Assembly (NCBI GenBank): GCA_049516635.1
Contig: JBEKSX010000008.1
Span: 1-57,791, forward strand
DNA: 57,791 nt
Direction: 5' to 3'
Origin: Ignavibacteria bacterium
GTDB lineage: Bacteria > Bacteroidota > Ignavibacteria > Tepidaquicellales > OLB5
Positions 20,358-28,895 of the stretch are shown here, one piece after another. Positions within the stretch are counted from its first letter, which is position 1; every line of letters starts with the position of its first letter. The notes under the pieces are model-generated. The model saw only the letters and a list, made by a program, of their open reading frames with translations, did not search any database and was not told where the DNA came from. The position numbers and the translations under genes were made by a program.

Positions 20358-20982
20358 TTATAACTTTTTCTGCTTATCTAAGAAAGTCATTTATCAATCA
20401 ATAAATTATGGAAATTTTACATTATTTTGTATACATTTCTATATAAATATTCGTGTTGATCCTATTCAAAAAATAGTTAATAAAACTATTTAGCTGAAAT
20501 GAGAGGAAGAGCAAACATTAACACTAAAGTCCACTCCAGTTATTCGTTATATCAAGATTTTACAAATCAATTGAGGAGAGAATAGGATAGCCATGAGAAG
20601 AGCTTTTATTAATTTCGCTTTACCTCTGTGATAAGGTATAAATAATATTACATGATAACTAATAAATATAGCTTTTAAAATCCTATAAGCAACAGGTGAG
20701 AATTTATTATTAAATGCTAAAATATATGATGATCTGAATGAAGCAGTAAATTTGAAGAAGGAATTAAAAACAAATAAAAATGCTGAATTTTATCATTAGT
20801 TTCAAGAAAAGATAAAAGAGTTGGAAAATAAATTAAAAACAAAAGTCTAGAAATTGTGGATCCAAGCAATTCATCTCTTCAGTGAGGTAAATTAAAAAAT
20901 AGATCAGGATAGCAAATGTTAAGGTCAATCTTATTACCACATACTTATAGAAAAAAACTGACTCTATCCGAATCCTTTTTTC

Positions 20983-21027
20983 GTGAGGCTGGGAGGTCTC
21001 GAACCTCCGACCCTCTGCTTAAAAGGC
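20983..21027 (-). repeat. distal att direct repeat: copy of the 3' 44 nt of tRNA-Lys plus 1 nt
   Basis: 43/45 identical to 53914..53958. The mismatches (20993, 21007) are the paired positions of the T-stem (GGAGG/CCTCC versus GCAGG/CCTGC). The repeat ends 2 nt into the 5' strand of the anticodon stem. Confidence 0.8.
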
Positions 21028-21107
21028 GTGTAATGTGGTAATAACTGTTCAAAATACGGCACTTTTCGCAAGATTATTGCACTAATTTACACCAGTAATT
21101 ACCTTCT

Positions 21108-21130
21108 TAGTCACTAAAATAGTCACTAAA
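21108..21130 (+). promoter_or_regulatory. tandem TAGTCACTAAA repeats (candidate integrase arm-type sites, distal arm)
   Basis: TAGTCACTAAA at 21108 and 21120 (12-bp register). The same tandem arrangement occurs at 53857/53869. Confidence 0.55.
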
Positions 21131-21489
21131 AAAGAGAACGGCAATTTTTAAAAATGAACGATTATTAGCTCTACTACTCCATACAGTTTCTCGGCGAGTA
21201 GATTTTCTTTCGGTACAAATATAATATATAAAACTGAAAATTGTTATGTCACTAAGATTTACATCACAAAAATGACATGACCGTAAATGAATAAAAGACG
21301 TACAAAGTCTAACTTAATTTCCAAAATGTATCGGATGAGAAATGACTAACATAAAGGCTGGGGTAATATACTTAGAAGAATAACAAGGGAAATTTAGAAT
21401 TGGGATTTACCACTTGGATTCCTGTTTACTAAAGATTCTATAGAAGTCTACTATATTAGGCAGTACTGCTATAATACAATTGATAATTA

Positions 21490-23301
21490 TTAGTCACTAG
21501 TTATTGGATTTCCAAAGAAACCTCTAATTTTCTCCTTTTGGGTAGTATAAATTCCATCAACAATCGTAGCTGTAATTAATTCTGCATCAATATTTTCAAC
21601 ATCAGCAAAGGATACTGTAATTGAGACATTATTATTATTGGGAGCATTTGGATCACAAACCAAGATTTTATATCTTTGATCTGATTTCGGAATCGGATGA
21701 TAACCTATAGCAATTACCTGATGATCGATATTCCAGTCGGTACCTCCTTCTCCACTAATTAGCACAATCGTAATCGGGCTGCCACCATCAAGCGTCGGCC
21801 TAATTACATTATTCCATTCTTGCACAGTTGCCCAGCCAACACTGTGTTCTGGATTCCACCAACTTCCCTGGTCAGGCCGCAGATTGTGCCATTCGTAAAT
21901 CTTTGACCATACTCCATCGAGAAGAGGTGTTGGTACTCCTAGTGGATTGAGTGGCGTTCCGATTGAGTCACATTGTCGACTCCAAATCTCGCTTAATAAA
22001 GGATCCCCATTACTTGGTAATGGAGTGTCCCTTGCAATTGGGATATCTTTGAAAAATCTATCCAAAGCGGTCCAACACCAGCCACCGCAATAACCCCATG
22101 GGTTATCAAAAGGCCAGCCATGAACTGAAGGAATAAAAGCTGTTACGACAATTTGAGCGTCCCAAATTGTTCCTGCCCCACTTTTCCCAATAACAAAGTT
22201 TCCCAAAGTATTGAGAATTGCAAAATAGTCACCTTCGCCTGGTGCTACATGAGTGTCCCATATTGGAGCGCCGTCTTCTTCCCTATATATTACGAAATTA
22301 CCATCTCCTTGCATTATTGCATAGTAATGTAGAGGGATAGGTGCAGGAGTTGGTGTGGTATTCAAGCAATGTTCGAGTGCTTTCTTTGCATTCGACAAGT
22401 CAGATTGGACCCTTCGTATCTCTGCAAGTAGTGCCGTTTTAGAACCGTGACCATGCTGGAGATCATCTTGTAATGAATGTAATTCTGATTCGATTGAATT
22501 GACTAAGTTTCTCTCGGCTTCACAAGGCGTAGATTGTGGCTGCTGTGGCGTATATGATGTTGGCTGATTAGAATATGTACACCAAACTGCACCATTGTCA
22601 GGAGATGGCAATTCACCACGATAAATGACTAAGTTGGCATCTTCTTGCATTACTAGACAATATTTCCCATTGCATGAGACTAAATACTCTCCAGCTGCTA
22701 GCCGATTAACACTTTCTAGACGGTATTTCCTGTTTATCCAAAGACAATTGCTAAAATCATTTATATCTGTTCCCCTATATACACCAAAAGTTCCATCATC
22801 ATGAATCGCAACAAAATAATCAGAAGTTGCTTCATGTACACCAATATCCCAGGTAAACGCTGGATGGGACCAACCACTTTCCAATATAAATGTTGCAAAA
22901 TCACCATCATTCTGCATAATAGCATAGGAATCACCTTCAGTGAATATTCTGCCTGTTGACCAGTAAACACTATGGCTGTCGGAAGGTCCTGATCCTTCGT
23001 AGAGAACAAGGTTACCGTCATGTTGCATTATCAAATAATATCTTGCTGACGGAGAAACTATATATTCTCCACCATTTAGGCGTTCATTGGTTTTGAGAGT
23101 ACTTTTTTGTGGTTGAGGTGGATGTGGAGATTTCAAACAATTTTCAAGTGCTTTTTTTGCATTTGCTAGCTCAGATTGTACTCTTCTTATCTCAGCAAGT
23201 AATGCTGTTTTAGAACCATGGCCATGATGGAGATCATCTTGTAATGAATGTAATTCAGATTCGAGAGAACTGACTAAGTTTCTTTCAGCTTCGCAAGGCA
23301 T
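21490..23301 (-). CDS. multidomain protein: 2x Cys-bracketed helical module + bulb-type (B-) lectin subdomains + C-terminal papain-like Cys/His/Asp domain
   Basis: 603-aa ORF with no signal peptide. Residues 2-56 and 259-313 are near-identical (PCEAERNLV...HGHGSKTALLAEIRRVQS...AKKALE.CL). QxDxNxVxY motifs: MQHDGNLVLY, MQEDANLVIY, MQGDGNFVIY, plus degenerate copies. C-terminal GYCGGWCW ... DHQVIAIGY ... LVCDPN. Confidence 0.7.
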   Translation of the reverse strand: MPCEAERNLVSSLESELHSLQDDLHHGHGSKTALLAEIRRVQSELANAKKALENCLKSPHPPQPQKSTLKTNERLNGGEYIVSPSARYYLIMQHDGNLVLYEGSGPSDSHSVYWSTGRIFTEGDSYAIMQNDGDFATFILESGWSHPAFTWDIGVHEATSDYFVAIHDDGTFGVYRGTDINDFSNCLWINRKYRLESVNRLAAGEYLVSCNGKYCLVMQEDANLVIYRGELPSPDNGAVWCTYSNQPTSYTPQQPQSTPCEAERNLVNSIESELHSLQDDLQHGHGSKTALLAEIRRVQSDLSNAKKALEHCLNTTPTPAPIPLHYYAIMQGDGNFVIYREEDGAPIWDTHVAPGEGDYFAILNTLGNFVIGKSGAGTIWDAQIVVTAFIPSVHGWPFDNPWGYCGGWCWTALDRFFKDIPIARDTPLPSNGDPLLSEIWSRQCDSIGTPLNPLGVPTPLLDGVWSKIYEWHNLRPDQGSWWNPEHSVGWATVQEWNNVIRPTLDGGSPITIVLISGEGGTDWNIDHQVIAIGYHPIPKSDQRYKILVCDPNAPNNNNVSITVSFADVENIDAELITATIVDGIYTTQKEKIRGFFGNPITSD

Positions 23302-23376
23302 AATAGCCTCCCTTCTTTTTTCTTTTAAGAGATTTCTAATTTAGATTACTTTGATTTTTACTGGAATGTAACAAAG

Positions 23377-23865
23377 CTAATTCTTTATTTTCTTATCAAT
23401 ATTTTGCATGCTATCTAGGCTTTTGAATTTCTTATACATAATTTCTTTTGTACTATTAATTTTTACTATATTTGCATCTATTTTTCCATTAGATACTTTG
23501 ATTGAGTCTAAGGTGTTTAATAAATTATCTTTATTATCGATTTGTTTTGTGGATTTTAATTTTGTTTCAACATAAATAAGTCGTTTTGAAATATTATCTT
23601 TCTCCTTTTTAATTTCATCAACTTGTGTAATGGTTGAATCATAATTACTTTTTAATTCGTTATATGTTTCTATGGTGATTTCACCTTTAGATGAAAGCGT
23701 AACTTTGTGCAAGATTGGTAACATGAGTAGAACAATACCAACTACCATGATCCAACCTCCATGAGGAGGTAATTTTTTATTCTTATAGAGCAAAATTAAA
23801 ATAAGTACTAAGAATGCTGTACCTAATATTATTCCAATTATAAATGTTATATTTTGAGGTTCCAT
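23377..23865 (-). CDS. small membrane protein (2 TM helices) with coiled-coil tail
   Basis: 162-aa ORF. FIIGIILGTAFLVLILILLY and IMVVGIVLLMLPIL hydrophobic helices, then a Lys/Asn/Ile-rich heptad-like region. Confidence 0.55.
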   Translation of the reverse strand: MEPQNITFIIGIILGTAFLVLILILLYKNKKLPPHGGWIMVVGIVLLMLPILHKVTLSSKGEITIETYNELKSNYDSTITQVDEIKKEKDNISKRLIYVETKLKSTKQIDNKDNLLNTLDSIKVSNGKIDANIVKINSTKEIMYKKFKSLDSMQNIDKKIKN

Positions 23866-23926
23866 AAGTTTAATTAAATAAAATTTTAAAAATATGAATC
23901 TATTTTAATATTATATTCTATATTTT

Positions 23927-25864
23927 TTAATGTCGTTCCCACTGTATATCTAAATTACCATAAATAGGAAATGGCTGATCATTATCCACAATAATTTGTG
24001 GCTGAGATGGATTATTATTTGATTTATCAAGGTAAAATGCGTTCCAATCTGCAAAATAATAACTTGTTGCTTCATAACTTGTTGTTTCAATTCCACCAGC
24101 GATGATATCAAGAGAAGCAAAACCTAAAAGAAGTGAATTTGTAATTGCTTCTACAAGTGGTATCAAATCTTTATTATAACCAGCAGTCAATTCTTCTTTT
24201 GATATGTGTCTTGAAATTGATCTAGGTAAATTGGCTTGATTATTCTCATCATTAGTTGGATCCATATTTATAATAACAGTAATTGCTTCTAATGAAGTAT
24301 ATTCAAATAAGATTCTTACTGTGGAACGAGTAACAAACCAATAACTGACTTTCAACTTATCATTCTTAAACATGCGGTTAGATGGTGGTCTTAAAGTTAT
24401 TTTTACAGTATATTGTTGAGAAAATGAGGGTATAATTATCTTAGGGTCAGCCTTTATTTGATAAGGAATAAGAGAAAAAGAAGCAAACGTAAGTTCCTTT
24501 TCAAAATGTTTAAAAAGAGGATCTTCTCCTTCCCAAAGGTAACCTTCTTTCATTATTTGACTTACCAGATATGGGTTTGATATGAATCTAGAAACTGTTG
24601 CATCATTATTCCATTTTGATGCATGCACGATTAAAAGAGGGGGGTGAATTTCAGTATGAAAATCATCATGTCCAGCATCAACAATCCAACGCCCGAGTAC
24701 AGCAACCCGATCTCCGAATTTCACTCTATAATCTCCTGGAACCAAATTGGAATCAGTTTCGACACCAAGTACCCCTTTGATTGGCATACCTAATTCCTTT
24801 TTTGCAGTATCAATTGCATCTCTAAACTCTCCATCAACATTCGGTCCATTATCAAAATTGTTTGGAGCTAAAATCCATTCAAATCTTTCGTCCGGTACGA
24901 TAAAGAACTCCCAATCAAAACCGAATGGATGAGTAAACGGCATATCATTTCCGGAGATTTTGGGATTAACAGCGTAACCTGAAATTCCTACACATGAACC
25001 ATCCTCTTTCCCGTTATCCAAAACCGGCATCCATTCAAATCTTGGGTCTTCACCACTTAACAATGTATTTTTATTGCAAAAGTTTTTAGCCCAATCGGGA
25101 TGATAATAAGAGTTTGTAAAGTCAGGAATCTGCGGATTATTATATTTCATTGTCAGAATTGGTGGGGCAGGATAAGTAAAGCTATTTATTCCGCTATACT
25201 CTTTTGGGACTCCATCAATAGTTAACGAAATACCCCAATTGTAGTTACCATGGTAAGGCAGATTCTTAAGGGAATATTTTTTTGAAGAATACAAACTGCC
25301 ATTTTCGTATGTGTAATCTTTCGTGCTATCTTCATAGCAGATACTGTTATCCCCTGAAAAAGATAAAATTAAATGGAATGTTACTTTCAAGGGATCATAT
25401 AAGGCAGATGATGTTGCAGGGGGAAGTTTTGGATAACCAGGGTATTTGGGTTTCAAATATACAGTGCGGCTATATGAACCACCAGGATCATGCCATTTCC
25501 ATTTGAAAATTAAAATAGTATCAGAACCAGACTCGATATCTCCCACAGTAAATCCATCCAGAGGATAAAGTAATTGAATCATTTGAGTTTTAATCATTTT
25601 GCCTTTTGCTACCAAATATTTTCTTCCCCAAAATTCCTTTAATAATTTAGCCTTTTCTTCTTTCATAATTTTGAAAGTATCAAGTAAGTTTTGATCATAA
25701 TAATCGTAAACCTGTTTTGATTCGTAGGTGTAGAGATTGGGATTTTTGAAGAGGTTTAAATAGCGGAATAATTGTTGATCAGGAGATGGTTTAATGTGAG
25801 AATTTAGTAATGAGCAAAAAAATAAAATGATAAAGATTGAAAGTGAAATGAATATCTTTTTCAT
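23927..25864 (-). CDS. secreted protein of unknown function
   Basis: 645-aa ORF with signal peptide (IFISLSIFIILFFCSLLNS). No domain recognised. First gene of the three-gene same-strand cluster. Confidence 0.6.
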   Translation of the reverse strand: MKKIFISLSIFIILFFCSLLNSHIKPSPDQQLFRYLNLFKNPNLYTYESKQVYDYYDQNLLDTFKIMKEEKAKLLKEFWGRKYLVAKGKMIKTQMIQLLYPLDGFTVGDIESGSDTILIFKWKWHDPGGSYSRTVYLKPKYPGYPKLPPATSSALYDPLKVTFHLILSFSGDNSICYEDSTKDYTYENGSLYSSKKYSLKNLPYHGNYNWGISLTIDGVPKEYSGINSFTYPAPPILTMKYNNPQIPDFTNSYYHPDWAKNFCNKNTLLSGEDPRFEWMPVLDNGKEDGSCVGISGYAVNPKISGNDMPFTHPFGFDWEFFIVPDERFEWILAPNNFDNGPNVDGEFRDAIDTAKKELGMPIKGVLGVETDSNLVPGDYRVKFGDRVAVLGRWIVDAGHDDFHTEIHPPLLIVHASKWNNDATVSRFISNPYLVSQIMKEGYLWEGEDPLFKHFEKELTFASFSLIPYQIKADPKIIIPSFSQQYTVKITLRPPSNRMFKNDKLKVSYWFVTRSTVRILFEYTSLEAITVIINMDPTNDENNQANLPRSISRHISKEELTAGYNKDLIPLVEAITNSLLLGFASLDIIAGGIETTSYEATSYYFADWNAFYLDKSNNNPSQPQIIVDNDQPFPIYGNLDIQWERH

Positions 25865-26414
25865 GTTGCAACCATTTTTTAAAATTATTTTAAAATATAT
25901 AGACTTTTAAAAACAATAAGATTAATTAGATTAGGACCAGTGAGTTGTATGGATATTTAAGAATAGAGAGACTCACTCAATATATGATGTGAGAATGAAA
26001 AAATACTGAGTGTAGAAGTAGAGGATGTATTTTATGGAGTGATTATAGAATATTCATTCTCTCTTTAATAATATTTAAAAGAATAAACTATAAAGCTGAA
26101 TATGATAGTCTATCCAGCCCGAAGAGCCATGAATTTCTATTAGTTGGTGTACTATAATATAATATTACATTTTTAGTATGTCAAGTGTTTTTAATATTAT
26201 GTATTTATAATTGTAAGTAACGAGATTTATATTGGCATATAAATTGTTTAATTGTTAAAAGGAATCTTTGTTTCTTATCGAATTACTAGATATTTAGATG
26301 GTTTTAGTTACTCTTTAATTATTTTTATTGTGTCTATAGGTTAACTTTATATAAACTTTCTTAAAGAAACTGGGTTTCAAATCTTTAAAAATATGTATTG
26401 ACTCTATCCATATA

Positions 26415-26436
26415 TACCCATATATTTATATGGGTA
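26415..26436. promoter_or_regulatory. 22-bp palindrome TACCCATATA-TT-TATATGGGTA (candidate LexA operator) over the dinB promoter
   Basis: Perfect 10-bp inverted arms. Sigma70-like TTGACT (26398-26403), 17-nt spacer, TATATT (26421-26426) inside the palindrome. Confidence 0.65.
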
Positions 26437-27740
26437 TTATGCAAAAGATAAGCTCATCTTTTTTCATCACGAGGGGAGGGGGTAAGGGCAGGAATATATT
26501 CAAGAGAGTTAGATTCATGCCGATTTACTCCTTTCCGCATCATAAAGATCTGAATTATAAGATAGAAAAACATGACAGAAGGTACTTCTTGCACCTCGAT
26601 TTTGATGCTTTTTTCGCTCAGGTTGAACAACGGGATAATCCAAAGCTGAGGGGTAAACCGGTTTCAGTAGGAGGGAACGGGGGTATTAAGGGCATAGTTA
26701 TGACCTGTTCCTATGAAGCCAGGGCTTTGGGAGTTAAGACGGGAATGTCAGTTTTCGAGGCTAAACAGATTTGCCCGGAACTAATTTCCCTGCCCTGCTA
26801 CGGACCCAAATACGAGGCTATCCTATTAAATATTACTGAAGCGTTCATAAAGCTGGTACCGGAAGATTGTATAGAACAATACAGCATAGATGAATGTTTT
26901 CTTGAACTAACCCCGGTTGTAAAGGATTATTTTGATGCAATTAGATTTGCGCTAAAAATAAAGAAATTAGTTAAAAGAATGGAGAATCTCACAGTATCTG
27001 TGGGTTTGTCCTTTAATAAGTCATACGCTAAACTTGCTACTAAGTTTCGCAAACCTGACGGATTATCTGTTATCAGAGAAGAAAACAGACCGGACATTTA
27101 TACGCTTCCTGCAGTAAAATTGTGGGGAGTAGGCAATATGATTGAAAAACGTCTCGCTATGCTTGGAATATTTACAATTGGTGACTTGGCAAACTGCAAT
27201 TTCCACGCTGTCCATAAGGAGTTTGGCATTAACGGAGTAATACTAAGAAAGATTGCAAGAGGAGAGGATACAAGCACCATAGCAACGGGAAAACAAAAAA
27301 GAATAGAAAAATCTTTTAATCATCACCATACTCTTACAGAACCAATCTACAAAAACGAAGATGCAACAGATGAGATTAGGAGGATCGGAGAGTATATGTG
27401 CAGGAAAATGAGATATAAGAATCTTGCAGGTAAACACCTTTTTCTCACATTAAGGTTTGATGATCTTGGTTTTATTTCAGAGGACATCAAGTTATTCAGC
27501 CCAACCAATGACGAAAGAGATATCTTTGAAGCTGCTATGCATCTTTATAAAAGATTTCCAGAACCAGAACCCTTTCACAAGGTCAGGATGTTCGGGATGA
27601 CAATATTTGATCTTCATCCGGTTACAGGATACAATCTCGATCTTTTCAGGAAACAGCCAATTCTGCCTTACAAGGAATTGGATTATCTGAAAGAAAAGTA
27701 TGGGGAAAATATAATAAGGGTAGGTCTTACCAGATTATAA
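26430..27740 (+). CDS. dinB: Y-family DNA polymerase IV
   Basis: LHLDFDAFFAQVEQRDNPKLRGKPVSVGG and SIDECFLE motifs. The start is ambiguous: ATG 26430 lies in the palindrome, and the alternative ATG 26517 (MPIYSF) gives a more typical N-terminus. Confidence 0.85.
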   Translation: MGIMQKISSSFFITRGGGKGRNIFKRVRFMPIYSFPHHKDLNYKIEKHDRRYFLHLDFDAFFAQVEQRDNPKLRGKPVSVGGNGGIKGIVMTCSYEARALGVKTGMSVFEAKQICPELISLPCYGPKYEAILLNITEAFIKLVPEDCIEQYSIDECFLELTPVVKDYFDAIRFALKIKKLVKRMENLTVSVGLSFNKSYAKLATKFRKPDGLSVIREENRPDIYTLPAVKLWGVGNMIEKRLAMLGIFTIGDLANCNFHAVHKEFGINGVILRKIARGEDTSTIATGKQKRIEKSFNHHHTLTEPIYKNEDATDEIRRIGEYMCRKMRYKNLAGKHLFLTLRFDDLGFISEDIKLFSPTNDERDIFEAAMHLYKRFPEPEPFHKVRMFGMTIFDLHPVTGYNLDLFRKQPILPYKELDYLKEKYGENIIRVGLTRL

Positions 27741-28361
27741 TATCTGGTATTTACGCCGGAGTTCAATCACTTTACCCAGGATTTGAAATACTTTTCCCGA
27801 GATAGGTTTAAACTTGACATTAGCAGGTTCAAGATATGCACCGGTTTTCCGTTTCCTCAGCGTTTTTACCGTAGCTTCATCGTCAAGTAAAGCTATTATT
27901 ATCTCGCCATCCTCACAATCATCCTGCTTCTTAACAATTACAATATCGTCATCATATATCCCCGCATCCTTCATACTGCTTCCTTTTACCTTAAGTGCAA
28001 AGATATCCCGTAACGATTTCTTTTTCCTTTCATAAGCTATATATCCTTGAATATTATCCTCTGCGAATATTGGTTCTCCCGCAGCAACACTCCCGTAAAG
28101 CGGAATGACCTCTATGTTCGATTTAAACCGTGATATTTCCAAATTCTCATTCTGATTTACTACCTTTATCCCTCTTGCTTTATCCGGTGATTTTTCCAGA
28201 TACCCCTTTCGTATTAATGCAGATATGTGGTCCTGTACTGTACCAACGATGATATTAAATTTTACTGCTATTTCAAGATAGGTGGGAGGAAAACTATTTG
28301 AACTTATGAATTTCTGGATATACTCAAGTATCTTTTTTTGTTTAGGTGGTAAATTACCCAT
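27735..28361 (-). CDS. lexA: LexA repressor (autocleaving S24 peptidase)
   Basis: 208 aa. N-terminal wHTH (YLEIAVKFNIIVGTVQDHISALIRKGYLEK). Ala-Gly cleavage site (SVAAGEP). Ser nucleophile (KGSSMKDAGI) and Lys (ATVKTLRK). 6-nt tail-to-tail overlap with dinB. Confidence 0.9.
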   Translation of the reverse strand: MGNLPPKQKKILEYIQKFISSNSFPPTYLEIAVKFNIIVGTVQDHISALIRKGYLEKSPDKARGIKVVNQNENLEISRFKSNIEVIPLYGSVAAGEPIFAEDNIQGYIAYERKKKSLRDIFALKVKGSSMKDAGIYDDDIVIVKKQDDCEDGEIIIALLDDEATVKTLRKRKTGAYLEPANVKFKPISGKVFQILGKVIELRRKYQIL

Positions 28362-28375
28362 ATATTAATATGGTA
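28355..28375. promoter_or_regulatory. degenerate copy of the palindrome overlapping the lexA start codon
   Basis: TACCCATATATTAATATGGTA has the same register as the 22-bp palindrome with 3 changes. The lexA ATG (28361..28359) lies inside it. Confidence 0.55.
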
Positions 28376-28441
28376 TATAATGTTTCAAAAATCAAGAGAT
28401 TTGTATAATGCAGAAGATAGGCTATTGCAATATTTTATTAT

Positions 28442-28463
28442 TACCCATATATTTATATGGGTA
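28442..28463. promoter_or_regulatory. second perfect copy of TACCCATATATTTATATGGGTA over the promoter of the lexA-divergent small gene
   Basis: Identical 22-mer to 26415..26436. TTGCAA (28425-28430), 17-nt spacer, TATATT (28448-28453). Confidence 0.65.
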
Positions 28464-28475
28464 TTTATCACCACA

Positions 28476-28736
28476 ATGTATACGCAAAACCAGGTATTTG
28501 AACCGGTAGAAGTAATTGCTTATTTCCATGAACTAAAAATAGAAATTGTTAAATTCAAGTGGAACAACAAAGTCTATAAGGTCAACCAGATGATGAATAC
28601 CTGGAAGATACCCGATGGTGACGGATTCTCATCTCATTTCGTGGTTCTATGTAAAGAAAACGAACTCTTGTGTGAACTATCTTTTAACCATACCGATCTG
28701 AAATGGGAATTAGTGCAGTATGATAGTTTGAGTTGA
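28476..28736 (+). CDS. small soluble protein divergent from lexA (candidate SOS-regulated gene)
   Basis: The ORF track gives 28380..28736, but the first 32 codons read through the operator/promoter. ATG at 28476 (MYTQNQVF...) gives 86 aa. No TM segment and no family recognised. Confidence 0.55.
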   Translation: MYTQNQVFEPVEVIAYFHELKIEIVKFKWNNKVYKVNQMMNTWKIPDGDGFSSHFVVLCKENELLCELSFNHTDLKWELVQYDSLS

Positions 28737-28895
28737 TATGATTATGCAATTCATTTAAAGTCATACAATATTCCATCTGCTTAAACAGCGTATTGTTTAT
28801 GTCTGATTATTGCGTTTCCTATAAATTATTAAATTTTTTCTGACTTAATAAGTATTAATTTGATACTTAGCAAGAAATGCTATTACAATGATATT

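Noticed and set aside
20400-20980. Broken short ORFs (for example …NAKIYDDLNEAVNLKKELKTNKNAEFYH*) that look like TPR-gene debris between the NTPase gene and the att repeat.
   Set aside because: These are only short fragments interrupted by stops, and no alignment partner in the window is strong enough to call a pseudogene.
21491-21499. A third TAGTCACTA 9-mer overlapping the stop codon of the lectin-fusion gene. A near-copy, ATGTCACTAAG, lies at 21246..21256.
   Set aside because: They are single, isolated and short. About one chance 8-9-mer hit is plausible in a window of this size, so I do not count them as arm sites.
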